Of a stretch of DNA of 64,000 nucleotides, positions 10,439-18,650 are shown piece after piece. A model generated the notes under the pieces. That model did not search any database. It was not told the origin of the DNA and was given only the letters and a program-made list of their open reading frames with translations. A program made the position numbers and the translations under genes. Origin of the DNA: Gemmatimonadota bacterium. GTDB lineage: Bacteria > Gemmatimonadota > Gemmatimonadetes > Gemmatimonadales > GWC2-71-9. Every line of letters begins with the position of its first letter. Position 1 is the stretch's first letter. The DNA is taken from NCBI GenBank assembly GCA_027294455.1, contig JAPULZ010000056.1, forward strand, positions 27,854 to 91,853, in the 5' to 3' direction.

Positions 10439-10511
10439 TCCCGAGTAGCTCAGTTGGTAGAGCAGACGGCTGTTAACCGTCGGGTCGGGGGTTCGAGTCC
10501 CTCCTCGGGAG
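10439..10511 (+). tRNA. tRNA-Asn (anticodon GTT)
   Basis: Cloverleaf read by eye. Acceptor stem tcccgag/ctcggga, D-arm agctcagttggtagagc, anticodon loop cTGTTAa, and T-arm gggggttcgagtccctc. Confidence 0.9.
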
Positions 10512-10530
10512 CCTGTTGGGCCAGTCAAAG

Positions 10531-10692
10531 GTGGCTTGTGATGACGCCGGTGAGGAGCGTGTGCTCGAGATCGGCACCGGCTCGGGCTCGCCGCAGCGCG
10601 TGCGATGCCTTCGTGTGCTCGACCGCATCTGGATAGAGCTCGAAGGATATTGCTGCTGCGAAGCAACTGGCCATCGGCAGGATCGTGAGTAA
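10531..10692 (+). pseudogene. Fragment of a class I SAM-dependent methyltransferase (motif I only)
   Basis: The frame reads …DDAGEERVLEIGTGSGS… (canonical motif I VLEIGTGSG), then degenerates and stops at TAA 10690-10692. There is no N-terminus. The frame runs straight out of the tRNA-Asn gene. Confidence 0.3.
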
Positions 10693-10756
10693 TGGGATGG
10701 ACGGACACAAATAGGGCGACAGGACCTGCGTCGGCTGGTCCCGCCGCCCTTTTCTT

Positions 10757-10777
10757 GCGGGCCTTTTCTTGGCCCGC
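10757..10777. terminator. GC hairpin between the convergent methyltransferase fragment and the hsp20 gene
   Basis: gcgggcc-ttttctt-ggcccgc (7-bp stem). The T-runs are in and before the loop rather than after it, so it is not a classical intrinsic terminator. Confidence 0.3.
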
Positions 10778-10789
10778 CGTTCCGCCGCG

Positions 10790-11242
10790 TCAGCTGCGGA
10801 TGGCGATCTTCTTTGGCTTCGCCGATGCGGCCTTGGGGACCGTCACCGTCAGGACCCCGTCATCGAACTTTGCGGTCACCTTCTCGGTGTCGACGCCGCG
10901 CGGCAGGGTGAAGCTCCGCTCGAACCGTCCATAGCGCCGCTCGATCACGTGACGGCTCGAACCCTCGGTGCCCTCCTCCTTCTCTTCCTCTTCCTTCTTC
11001 TCGCCAATCAGCGAGAGCACGCCGTTTGCGATCTTTAGGTCGATGTCCTCCACCTTGAGTCCCGGCAACTCGGCGGTCACCGCAAACCCATTCTCGTTCT
11101 CCCGAACATCGATGGCAGGGGACCACCCAGCCGATGCCGGCGAGCGGATGTTGCCACCCAAGAGCCAGTCGAACTGGCGTCCAACATCGAAGAGGTCCCA
11201 ACCGTCCGGAACGGCTCTGTGGCGTCTGAGAACTGGTAACAT
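10790..11242 (-). CDS. Small heat-shock protein, Hsp20/alpha-crystallin family
   Basis: Alpha-crystallin domain: AIDVRENENGFAVTAELPGLKVEDIDL…GVLSL.GE…ERRYGRFERSFTLP…A.F.DGVLTVTVPK. I chose ATG 11242 because GGGAGG lies about 7 nt upstream. An ATG at 11248 is also possible. Confidence 0.9.
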   Translation of the reverse strand: MLPVLRRHRAVPDGWDLFDVGRQFDWLLGGNIRSPASAGWSPAIDVRENENGFAVTAELPGLKVEDIDLKIANGVLSLIGEKKEEEEKEEGTEGSSRHVIERRYGRFERSFTLPRGVDTEKVTAKFDDGVLTVTVPKAASAKPKKIAIRS

Positions 11243-11373
11243 GTTCATTCCTCCCAAATCTGTATGAGTTGCGCCGGCGGCAACCGCCACCGTTGTGCCT
11301 CGCTCAAGTGCAACAGCAATGCCAGGCGAAATGCGCCAAAACGGCAGTAAAACTGCTGAATATTGAGATTGAC

Positions 11374-11389
11374 TGCTACAAAAGTGCCA
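11374..11389 (-). promoter_or_regulatory. Candidate sigma-54 (-24/-12)-like element upstream of hsp20
   Basis: The minus strand reads TGGCACTTTTGTAGCA. GG and GC are separated by 10 nt, as in the consensus TGGCACG-N4-TTGCW. The -12 box is TAGCA rather than TTGCA. It overlaps the palindrome GTGCCA-N3-TGGCAC (11384-11398). Confidence 0.25.
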
Positions 11390-11425
11390 CAATGGCACAC
11401 AAGGAGGCGGCGCAGCGCCGAGAAC

Positions 11426-12961
11426 CTACCGGCGCACCGTCCTATCGCCCAACTCGGCAAACAGCTCGCCGGCCGATTCGCGTATATCGTCGAGGCACTG
11501 CTCCATGCGATCCCGATGCGTGCGGAACGAGAGAACGCAGATCCTGAGGGCGAAGCGGCCGGCGAGGACGGTACCGGTGAGGAACACGTTCTTCCGAGCG
11601 TTGACCCGGGCGAGGAGGGTGCGGTTGAGCTCGTTCAGCTCCTCGGGGGACCGCCCGGCGGGGGCCAGCCGGAACGCGCTGAGGGAGAGTTGGGGGTCGG
11701 CCAGAATCTCCATGCCGAGATCGTCCCGCAACACATCCGTGGCCCACCGAGCCAGGTCGAGCTTCTCGTCCAGGGCCGCTCGAAACGCATCGATGCCGTA
11801 GAGCCTCAGCGGAAGCCAGGCCCTCAGCCCCCGAAAATCCCGGGAAAGCTCGGGCGAGAGCTCACAGAAGTCCACGAAGTCCCGGTCGCCTTGCATCTCG
11901 GGCATGTAGTCGGCGAAGGTGGTGTGAGCCCGGCGGAGCGTCTCGGGATCCCGCACCAGCAGGGACCCGAGGCCATAGGGCAGAAAAAGCCCCTTGTGGG
12001 GATCCATCACGACGGAGTCCGCCCGCTCGATGCCGCCCATGACGGCGCGGCCGCGTTCGGTCAACATGAAAAAGCCACCGTAGGCTGCGTCCACGTGAAA
12101 CCAGACATCCTCTTCGCGGGCGATGCCCGCCAGCCGCTCCAGGTCGTCGATGGCGCCGGTATTCGCCGTGCCGGCACTGCCGACGATCATGAACGGGTGT
12201 CGGCCCTCCTCACGATCTTCCCGCATGCGCTGCGCCAGAAGATCGGGGCGGACCTGGAACCGATCGTTCACGGGGATCTCGCGAACGTTGCGCTCGGGAA
12301 ATCCGGCCAGCACCGCAGCTTTCTGAAGCGAGTGATGCACCTCCTGAGATGCGTAAATGGTGCCGCTCAGGAAATCCTCACCCAGGCGCTCGCGCCGCGC
12401 CGTAACCAGCGCCGTGAAATTGGCCAGGGATCCACCTGTGGTGAGAATGCCGCCGGCGCCATCGGGTAACCCCACGATGTCGCAAAACCAGCGGATGACG
12501 TTCGTCTCCAGCTGCACCAATCCCGGTGCTGCCGCCCAGACACCCACGTAGCGATTCACGGCGTTGGCAATGAGGTCGGCGACGGCGGAGGGAAACACGC
12601 CCCCACCGGGGATGTAGGCGAGGTACCCGGGACCCGCCGTATTGAAAGACGTCGGGACGGCCCGGTCGAAGAGCAGATCCAACAGCTCGGGAAACGAGGT
12701 CCCCGTCGCGGGCAGCGGCTCGAGGAGCGCCCGCGCCACCGCGGGGCCCTCCTCCACCTGTGTCGCCGGTTGCTCCGGCAAAGATGCGATGTGGGCGATG
12801 ATGCGATCGGCGGCCAGGTCGATCATCGAGCGCATCTCATCGGCGGAGGGTTCCAACACGTAGGCATTCGGGCACATGCCGATCGACGCTTTCACAAACG
12901 GGTGATCGAGTCCAAACAAGTTACACGCCGCCCGCGGGCGTGGAGTGGAACCGTGTGGCAA
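11426..12961 (-). CDS. Pyridoxal-dependent (group II) amino-acid decarboxylase
   Basis: The PLP-lysine block is SVVMDPHKGLFLPYG. The overall layout resembles aromatic-L-amino-acid/glutamate decarboxylase-type enzymes. An alternative start is ATG 12877 (MCPNAY…). Confidence 0.85.
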   Translation of the reverse strand: MPHGSTPRPRAACNLFGLDHPFVKASIGMCPNAYVLEPSADEMRSMIDLAADRIIAHIASLPEQPATQVEEGPAVARALLEPLPATGTSFPELLDLLFDRAVPTSFNTAGPGYLAYIPGGGVFPSAVADLIANAVNRYVGVWAAAPGLVQLETNVIRWFCDIVGLPDGAGGILTTGGSLANFTALVTARRERLGEDFLSGTIYASQEVHHSLQKAAVLAGFPERNVREIPVNDRFQVRPDLLAQRMREDREEGRHPFMIVGSAGTANTGAIDDLERLAGIAREEDVWFHVDAAYGGFFMLTERGRAVMGGIERADSVVMDPHKGLFLPYGLGSLLVRDPETLRRAHTTFADYMPEMQGDRDFVDFCELSPELSRDFRGLRAWLPLRLYGIDAFRAALDEKLDLARWATDVLRDDLGMEILADPQLSLSAFRLAPAGRSPEELNELNRTLLARVNARKNVFLTGTVLAGRFALRICVLSFRTHRDRMEQCLDDIRESAGELFAELGDRTVRR

Positions 12962-13006
12962 AATCGCCGACGAGGTGTCATCCTTTGATCATTACCAACG
13001 CGGAGC

Positions 13007-13453
13007 GTGCCGATGGAAAGCGCAGAAGGTCTGGAGCTGATGCGGCGTGACCTGACTCCCGGTCTGTACGAAGAAGTGCGCGCGCTCTGGAAAGTGCATT
13101 CGCTGGCGGAGGACGACCGCGACATCCACGGCATCATGCAGACCCTGACGGAGGACTGCGTCTACGAACTGCCGCAAACGGGAGATCGGTGGGAGGGCCA
13201 CATCGGTGCCACCCAGTTCTACACGCTGCTCCTCTCCGCATTTCCGGACATCCGGTTTCGCCTCCGGAACATCGTCATCGGCCCCCAAGGCGTCTACGAG
13301 GAGGCCCGGGCGACGGCGACGCACACCGGGGACTGGCTCGATTTCCCGGCGTCGGGCAACCCGGTCGAGTTCACCCTCGTGATTTTCTTCCCGTACGATC
13401 CGGACAGCCAGAAGTTCACCGGCGAGCGCATACACTTCCATTTCGCCACCTGA
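13007..13453 (+). CDS. SnoaL-like/ester-cyclase (NTF2-fold) protein
   Basis: Length is about 148 aa. The pattern …TEDCVYE…G…G…QFYTLLLSAFPDIRF… is typical of SnoaL-like cyclases. Assigned by resemblance only. Confidence 0.65.
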   Translation: MPMESAEGLELMRRDLTPGLYEEVRALWKVHSLAEDDRDIHGIMQTLTEDCVYELPQTGDRWEGHIGATQFYTLLLSAFPDIRFRLRNIVIGPQGVYEEARATATHTGDWLDFPASGNPVEFTLVIFFPYDPDSQKFTGERIHFHFAT

Positions 13454-13488
13454 CAGGCCGGCGTTTCTTGCCAGAGGAGGACACACAC

Positions 13489-14835
13489 ATGATACGACGT
13501 GTAGTGGTCGGTACTCTCTTGTTGGTTTGGGGCATGGCCCCGCTGGCCGCGCGCCAGAACGCGACCGGGCGCCCGTTCGGCACGCTGCGGCAACAAGCGC
13601 AGATACGCCAGGCCTGGCTGGGGGAGCGGCTCGAGCAGAACCTGCCCGCGGTAATGCGCGAGCACGGCGTCGACATGTGGGTCCTTCCCATGCGGGAGTA
13701 CAACGAAGACCCGGTCTTCCGCGCGCTGGTGTCGCCGACCACGTTGGCCGCACGGCGGCGCACCATCTACGTGTTTTTCGATCGGGGGCCCGTGGAGGGC
13801 GTCGAGCGGTTGGCGCTCGGCGGGTCGTCTCAGGGCGATCTGTATCACGCCATCCGCGACACCGAGCCCTCCCCCCGGGGTGACCCGCGCGAACTGTGGG
13901 GACGGGCGCAATGGGACCTACTGGCGCGGGTGATCCGGGAACGCGACCCGCGGCGAATCGCGGTCAACATCAGCCGTGAGCACAACTTCTCGGACGGCTT
14001 GAGCGCTGGGGAGTGGGCGCAGATGCAAGAGGCCATCGGCGACGAATTGGCGTCGCGCGTGGTGCGCGAGCCGCGCCTCGCCATCGACTACCTCGCCATG
14101 CGCGTGCCCAGCATGACCCAGGTGTATCGCAAGATGCAGGGGCTGGTCCACGACATCATCGCCACCGCGTTTTCCAACCAGGTGATCACACCCGGGGTCA
14201 CGACCACTGACGAGGTGGCCTGGTGGATGCGCCAGCGCGTGAACGACCTGGGGCTCGGCAGTTGGTTCCACCCGTCGGTGAACCTGCAGCGCCGGGAGGG
14301 AGCGCCCGGCGGGGAAGCGATCGAGCGGGGGGACGTGCTGCACTGCGACTTCGGCATCGTCGCCCTGGGCCTCGCCACCGACACGCAACACATGGCGTAC
14401 GTGCTGCGCGAGGGGGAGACCGACGCGCCCGAGGGATTGCGGCGGGCACTGGCCAACAGCAATCGGCTGCAGGACATCCTGCTCGAGGAGATGCGAGTCG
14501 GGCGATCGGGCAACGAGGTCCTCCAATCCGTGCTCGCGCGCATGCGCGCCGAGGAACTGGACGGGACGATGTATACCCACCCAATCGGCGACCACGGACA
14601 CGGTGCCGGGCCGTTGATCGGCTTGTGGGATCGACAGGACGGTGTGCCCGGCCGGGGCGACGTGCCCGTACTGGCCAAGATGTGGTTCTCCACCGAGCTG
14701 CAGGTCACGACACCAGTACCCGAATGGGACGGGCAACCCGTCAGGATGATGCAGGAAGAGGAGGCGGAAATCACGGCCGAGGGCGAAGTCCGGTGGGTGC
14801 TCCGGCGCCAAGCGGAGCTGCACTTGATTCGATGA
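13489..14835 (+). CDS. M24-family metallopeptidase (Xaa-Pro aminopeptidase/creatinase-like), secreted
   Basis: Signal peptide MIRRVVVGTLLLVWGMAPLAA. A creatinase-like N-domain is followed by a pita-bread region (GDVLHCDFGI…, HPIGDHGH.AGP). I start at ATG 13489 within track ORF 13189..14835. Confidence 0.8.
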   Translation: MIRRVVVGTLLLVWGMAPLAARQNATGRPFGTLRQQAQIRQAWLGERLEQNLPAVMREHGVDMWVLPMREYNEDPVFRALVSPTTLAARRRTIYVFFDRGPVEGVERLALGGSSQGDLYHAIRDTEPSPRGDPRELWGRAQWDLLARVIRERDPRRIAVNISREHNFSDGLSAGEWAQMQEAIGDELASRVVREPRLAIDYLAMRVPSMTQVYRKMQGLVHDIIATAFSNQVITPGVTTTDEVAWWMRQRVNDLGLGSWFHPSVNLQRREGAPGGEAIERGDVLHCDFGIVALGLATDTQHMAYVLREGETDAPEGLRRALANSNRLQDILLEEMRVGRSGNEVLQSVLARMRAEELDGTMYTHPIGDHGHGAGPLIGLWDRQDGVPGRGDVPVLAKMWFSTELQVTTPVPEWDGQPVRMMQEEEAEITAEGEVRWVLRRQAELHLIR

Positions 14836-15944
14836 CCTCGCAGCCTGCGGTGAGGAGTCTGCACGACGTGCCCACGCCGGCCCTGGTACTCGATCTGGAC
14901 CGGCTGGAGGCCAATCTGCAGGACATGGCGGATCGCGCGAACACGCTTGGCGTCTCCTTGCGTCCGCACATCAAGACCCACAAGTGTGTCGAGATCGCGC
15001 TGAGGCAGCGGGCCTTGGGCGCCCGGGGCATCACGGTCGCGACGCTGTACGAGGCCCGCGTCTTTGCCGACCACGGCTTCGAGGACATCACGTGGGCGTT
15101 CCCCGTGATCCTCAACCGCGTGCCCGAGATCATCGCGCTGGCTGGCCGCGTCCGGTTGGGACTGGTGGTGGACACCATGGAGGCGGTCGAGCGGTTGGAA
15201 AGTGCGCATGCACCGCTCCACGTCGCCCTCAAGGTGGATTGCGGCTATCACCGGGCCGGCGTGGATCCGCACGGCAGGGAGGCCGTGCGCATTGCCCAGG
15301 CAATCGCCGACGCCGCCCACCTGGAGTTCGACGGCATCCTGTCCCACTCAGGACACGCTTATGCCGCCCGGTCAGCCGATGCGGCGGCGCGGATCGCCGA
15401 GGAAGAACGGACCGTCATGGTCGCCTTCGCCGAGCGCCTTCGGGACTTGGGGCTCACAGTGCCCACGGTGAGCGTCGGATCGACGCCCACCATGCGAGCG
15501 GCGACAGACCTCACGGGAGTGACCGAGGCCCGCCCGGGCAACTATGCGTTGTTCGATTTCACCCAGGTGATCCTGGGGTCGTGTACCGCGGCGGAGTGTG
15601 CGGTCACGGTGCTGGCCAGCGTGGTCTCTGCGCCTGTCGGAGCGCACCACTGTCTCCTCGATGCCGGTGCACTGACGCTTTCCAAAGACACCGGGCCCGG
15701 CGCTCCACACACCACCATGGGGGAGGTCTTCCGAGATTACGACCGGGCCGAGCTGGATCCGAACACGCGGATCGTAGCCGTGAGCCAGGAGCACGGCCGC
15801 GTGAACGCATCGCTTGCCCCTGGGCAGCTCGTCCGGGTGCTGCCCAACCACTCTTGCCTCACCGTGGCACAGTTCGATCGCATGTGGATCGCCCGAGGCG
15901 ACGACCTCGTGGACCAGTGGAAAATCTGGCGGGGACGAGACTGA
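14832..15944 (+). CDS. PLP-dependent D-threonine aldolase/D-serine dehydratase (DSD1-like, alanine-racemase fold)
   Basis: The N-terminus TPALVLDLDRLEANL and the PLP-lysine block LRPHIKTHK fit this family. ATG 14832 overlaps the upstream stop (ATGA). Confidence 0.85.
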   Translation: MTSQPAVRSLHDVPTPALVLDLDRLEANLQDMADRANTLGVSLRPHIKTHKCVEIALRQRALGARGITVATLYEARVFADHGFEDITWAFPVILNRVPEIIALAGRVRLGLVVDTMEAVERLESAHAPLHVALKVDCGYHRAGVDPHGREAVRIAQAIADAAHLEFDGILSHSGHAYAARSADAAARIAEEERTVMVAFAERLRDLGLTVPTVSVGSTPTMRAATDLTGVTEARPGNYALFDFTQVILGSCTAAECAVTVLASVVSAPVGAHHCLLDAGALTLSKDTGPGAPHTTMGEVFRDYDRAELDPNTRIVAVSQEHGRVNASLAPGQLVRVLPNHSCLTVAQFDRMWIARGDDLVDQWKIWRGRD

Positions 15945-16210
15945 ACACTGACCACGGGTGTCAATTCTTGGTCGCCTCAGGTGTCAACGTTGTCGACGGT
16001 CTTTTCCGACACGTGAGGGCACAATGCAACTGGGATTCCTGTCCTTCCCAAGCTTGTGACCAGCCACTCAGTTAGATACGGTGCGATAGCGACCGCTCAC
16101 TCACTACACCGCTCTGAGCCGCTCGCCAGAAGTAAACCTTAATCGTTTTTCCACAACGACTTAAGTACACCAATACCAAATTGCTATCGGTGTCTTTAGA
16201 TTATCATCCG

Positions 16211-17272
16211 ATGGGTTTGCACGCTCTTTACGGACACGAGTCGCTGCTCCACCGGCTGGAGGGCACCATTGCCTCCGGCCGGTTTCCGCAAACGGTCCTT
16301 CTTGTCGGGCCAGCCGGTGTCGGCAAGCAACGCCTCGCCCTGCACATTGCCGAATCCCTCTTCTGTCATGACGAGGGTGAGGCGCCCCGGGGCGAATGTC
16401 GTGCCTCCCGGCAAGTCAGGCAGCTCAGCCATCCCGACCTGCACTGGTTCATTCCCATCGTTCCTCCGGCCAAGCGGTCCGGCGACCCCGAAAAGCAGAT
16501 TCAGGACACCGAAGAGGCCCTGGCAGAAGCCCTGGCCGAGAGGCGGAAGAACCCCATCTACCGCTCTCCGGATGGCCGTGCCACCCATTCGGTGGCCTCA
16601 GCTCGGCTGTTGCAACGCAAGGTGCGTCTCACCCCCTTTCAAGCCCGGCGGAAGGTCGTCATTCTCGGCGATGCCGACCGGCTCGTGCTCCACGAGGAGG
16701 CGGCGGGCGAGGCGGCCAATGCCCTTCTCAAGGTGCTCGAGGAGCCGCCTGAGGACACCACGCTGATACTCACCTCTTCGGTCCCAGAGGCCCTCCTCCC
16801 CACCATCCGCTCACGCATGGTTTCGGTCCGGGTGGGCCCGCTGAGGGACGAACAGGTACAGAACTTGCTCTCTACAGAGACTGGCATGTCGCCTGGGGAA
16901 GCGCGGCGCGTCTCTCAGCTCGCGGGTGGTTCGGTGACCCGAGCCCTTGGGGTAGCCGATGCGGGCGATGACGGCGCACAGGCCGCCAAGCGGTTTCTGG
17001 ACGCGATCCGCCGAGGACCCGAGGCATGGGCCGGAGAAGCCCTGCTCCAACAAGCCTGGGGAGCCCGAGGAGGATTCAGCGCGATGCTGGATGCATTGAC
17101 GATCCGTCTTCGCTCGAAGTTGCGCCGCAGTGCAGAGCAGGGCGGCGCGGACACCAGAAACTACTTGGACGCCATTCGTCTGGTCGAGGCCCACCGGGAT
17201 CGGGCGATGCGCAACGTGAATCCCCAGTTGGCCCTGGCCGTCTTGGCCTCCGAAGTCGCGGAGGTGCTGTGA
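16211..17272 (+). CDS. holB: DNA polymerase III delta-prime subunit
   Basis: LYGHESLL..L…GRFPQTVLLVGPAGVGK is a degenerate clamp-loader P-loop. ILGDADRL and N.LLK.LEEPP motifs follow. I start at ATG 16211. Confidence 0.8.
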   Translation: MGLHALYGHESLLHRLEGTIASGRFPQTVLLVGPAGVGKQRLALHIAESLFCHDEGEAPRGECRASRQVRQLSHPDLHWFIPIVPPAKRSGDPEKQIQDTEEALAEALAERRKNPIYRSPDGRATHSVASARLLQRKVRLTPFQARRKVVILGDADRLVLHEEAAGEAANALLKVLEEPPEDTTLILTSSVPEALLPTIRSRMVSVRVGPLRDEQVQNLLSTETGMSPGEARRVSQLAGGSVTRALGVADAGDDGAQAAKRFLDAIRRGPEAWAGEALLQQAWGARGGFSAMLDALTIRLRSKLRRSAEQGGADTRNYLDAIRLVEAHRDRAMRNVNPQLALAVLASEVAEVL

Positions 17273-17748
17273 AGCTGTCGCACGTCGACGCCACGGGGCG
17301 TCCTCGCATGGTCGACGTCGGATCCAAGCCCGAGTCGGCCCGGCGCGCCGTTGCGGAGGGAAAGATCCGCATTTCGGCGGAAGCGTACGACGCCTTGGCG
17401 GGGAACGTCAACCCGAAGGGTGACGTTCTCACAACGGCGGAACTGGCGGGAGTGACGGGGGCCAAGCGTACCGCGGATCTCATTCCGCTGTGCCATCCCA
17501 TCCCGCTGGATCACGTTCAGGTGAGCGTGGAGCTGGATCCGGATCTGCCAGGGGTACGGGTGGAGGCGTCCGCAAGCAGCGTGGGGCGCACCGGAGTCGA
17601 GATGGAGGCCCTGACGGCCGTCTCAGTCGCGCTGCTCACCGTGTACGACATGGTGAAGGCCGCGGGCCACGACATGGAAATCGGGGGAGTCCGTCTCATG
17701 GAAAAGACGGGCGGGGCGAGTGGGGAGTGGAAAAGAAACCAGCATTGA
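17269..17748 (+). CDS. moaC: Cyclic pyranopterin monophosphate synthase
   Basis: LSHVD..G.PRMVDV..K and KRTADLIPLCHPIPL…VGRTGVEMEALTAVSVALLTVYDM are MoaC motifs. The GTG start overlaps the holB stop (GTGA). Confidence 0.9.
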   Translation: MKLSHVDATGRPRMVDVGSKPESARRAVAEGKIRISAEAYDALAGNVNPKGDVLTTAELAGVTGAKRTADLIPLCHPIPLDHVQVSVELDPDLPGVRVEASASSVGRTGVEMEALTAVSVALLTVYDMVKAAGHDMEIGGVRLMEKTGGASGEWKRNQH

Positions 17749-17780
17749 GAGCCCCGGAAACGGGGGAGGACGATAGATAA

Positions 17781-18473
17781 ATGATTTTCATTGGGCAACG
17801 TGCCCTGCATGGGCCGTGGGATCGACTATCGACGACCCAACGTTTGACGGCGCGCGGGCTCGGGATCGTGGCCGGTGTCAGCGTGCTGGCAGCATTCTTG
17901 GGAGCCGCAGACCGGCCCCTGGGGACCCATCGCCTGTTCAACGGAACCGCGTCCCTTGCAGGACTCGACGTGGCCGAGGAAGCCCTCGATCCCGTCGAGA
18001 CCGCGAAGGCACGCCATGAGTTGCTCCGTGCCCAGGGGCTGCTGGATTTCTCCGCGCGATTCAACGTGGGCGCGGAGCTGGCCGGGCTGATCTACGACAT
18101 CGCCATCGAGGAGGGCATCGATCCGGAGCTCGGCTTCCGCGTGGTCTACGTGGAGAGCCGCTTCAACCCTCGCGCCATCAGCTCGGCCGGAGCCCTGGGT
18201 CTGGCACAGCTCATGCCGAAAACGGCCAGGATCTTCAACCCCGGTCTAGCAAACGAAGACCTGTTCGACGCCCAGACCAATCTGCGGATCGGCTTCCGCT
18301 TTTTGCGCCATCTGCTGGACCGCTACGAGGGAGAAATCTCTCACGCACTCCTGGCCTACAATCGCGGACCCACCCGCCTGAAACAGCTCCTGGACAAGGG
18401 CGTGGATCCCAGAAACGGCTATGCCTCTTCCGTGCTGCAAGGGTACCGCACCTCGGGAGCCACTTTCCAATAG
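17781..18473 (+). CDS. Lytic transglycosylase (SLT domain)
   Basis: The catalytic block VYVESRFNPRAISSAGALGLAQLMP and the motif LLAYNRGP are present. Confidence 0.8.
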   Translation: MIFIGQRALHGPWDRLSTTQRLTARGLGIVAGVSVLAAFLGAADRPLGTHRLFNGTASLAGLDVAEEALDPVETAKARHELLRAQGLLDFSARFNVGAELAGLIYDIAIEEGIDPELGFRVVYVESRFNPRAISSAGALGLAQLMPKTARIFNPGLANEDLFDAQTNLRIGFRFLRHLLDRYEGEISHALLAYNRGPTRLKQLLDKGVDPRNGYASSVLQGYRTSGATFQ

Positions 18474-18650
18474 CCGGCATCCAGCAGCTGGGGCGATTCG
18501 TTCCAGCCACTAGAGTCCCTCTCGCTCAATGAGAAAGTGGCCAGCACCATTGGATGGTGTTGTTCCTCGTGGAATCACGACGACTGGCCTGACCCTTGGG
18601 ACATGGAGTGGGGCGGGAACTGACTACCGGGGTGAGCGGTGTGCGAGCTA

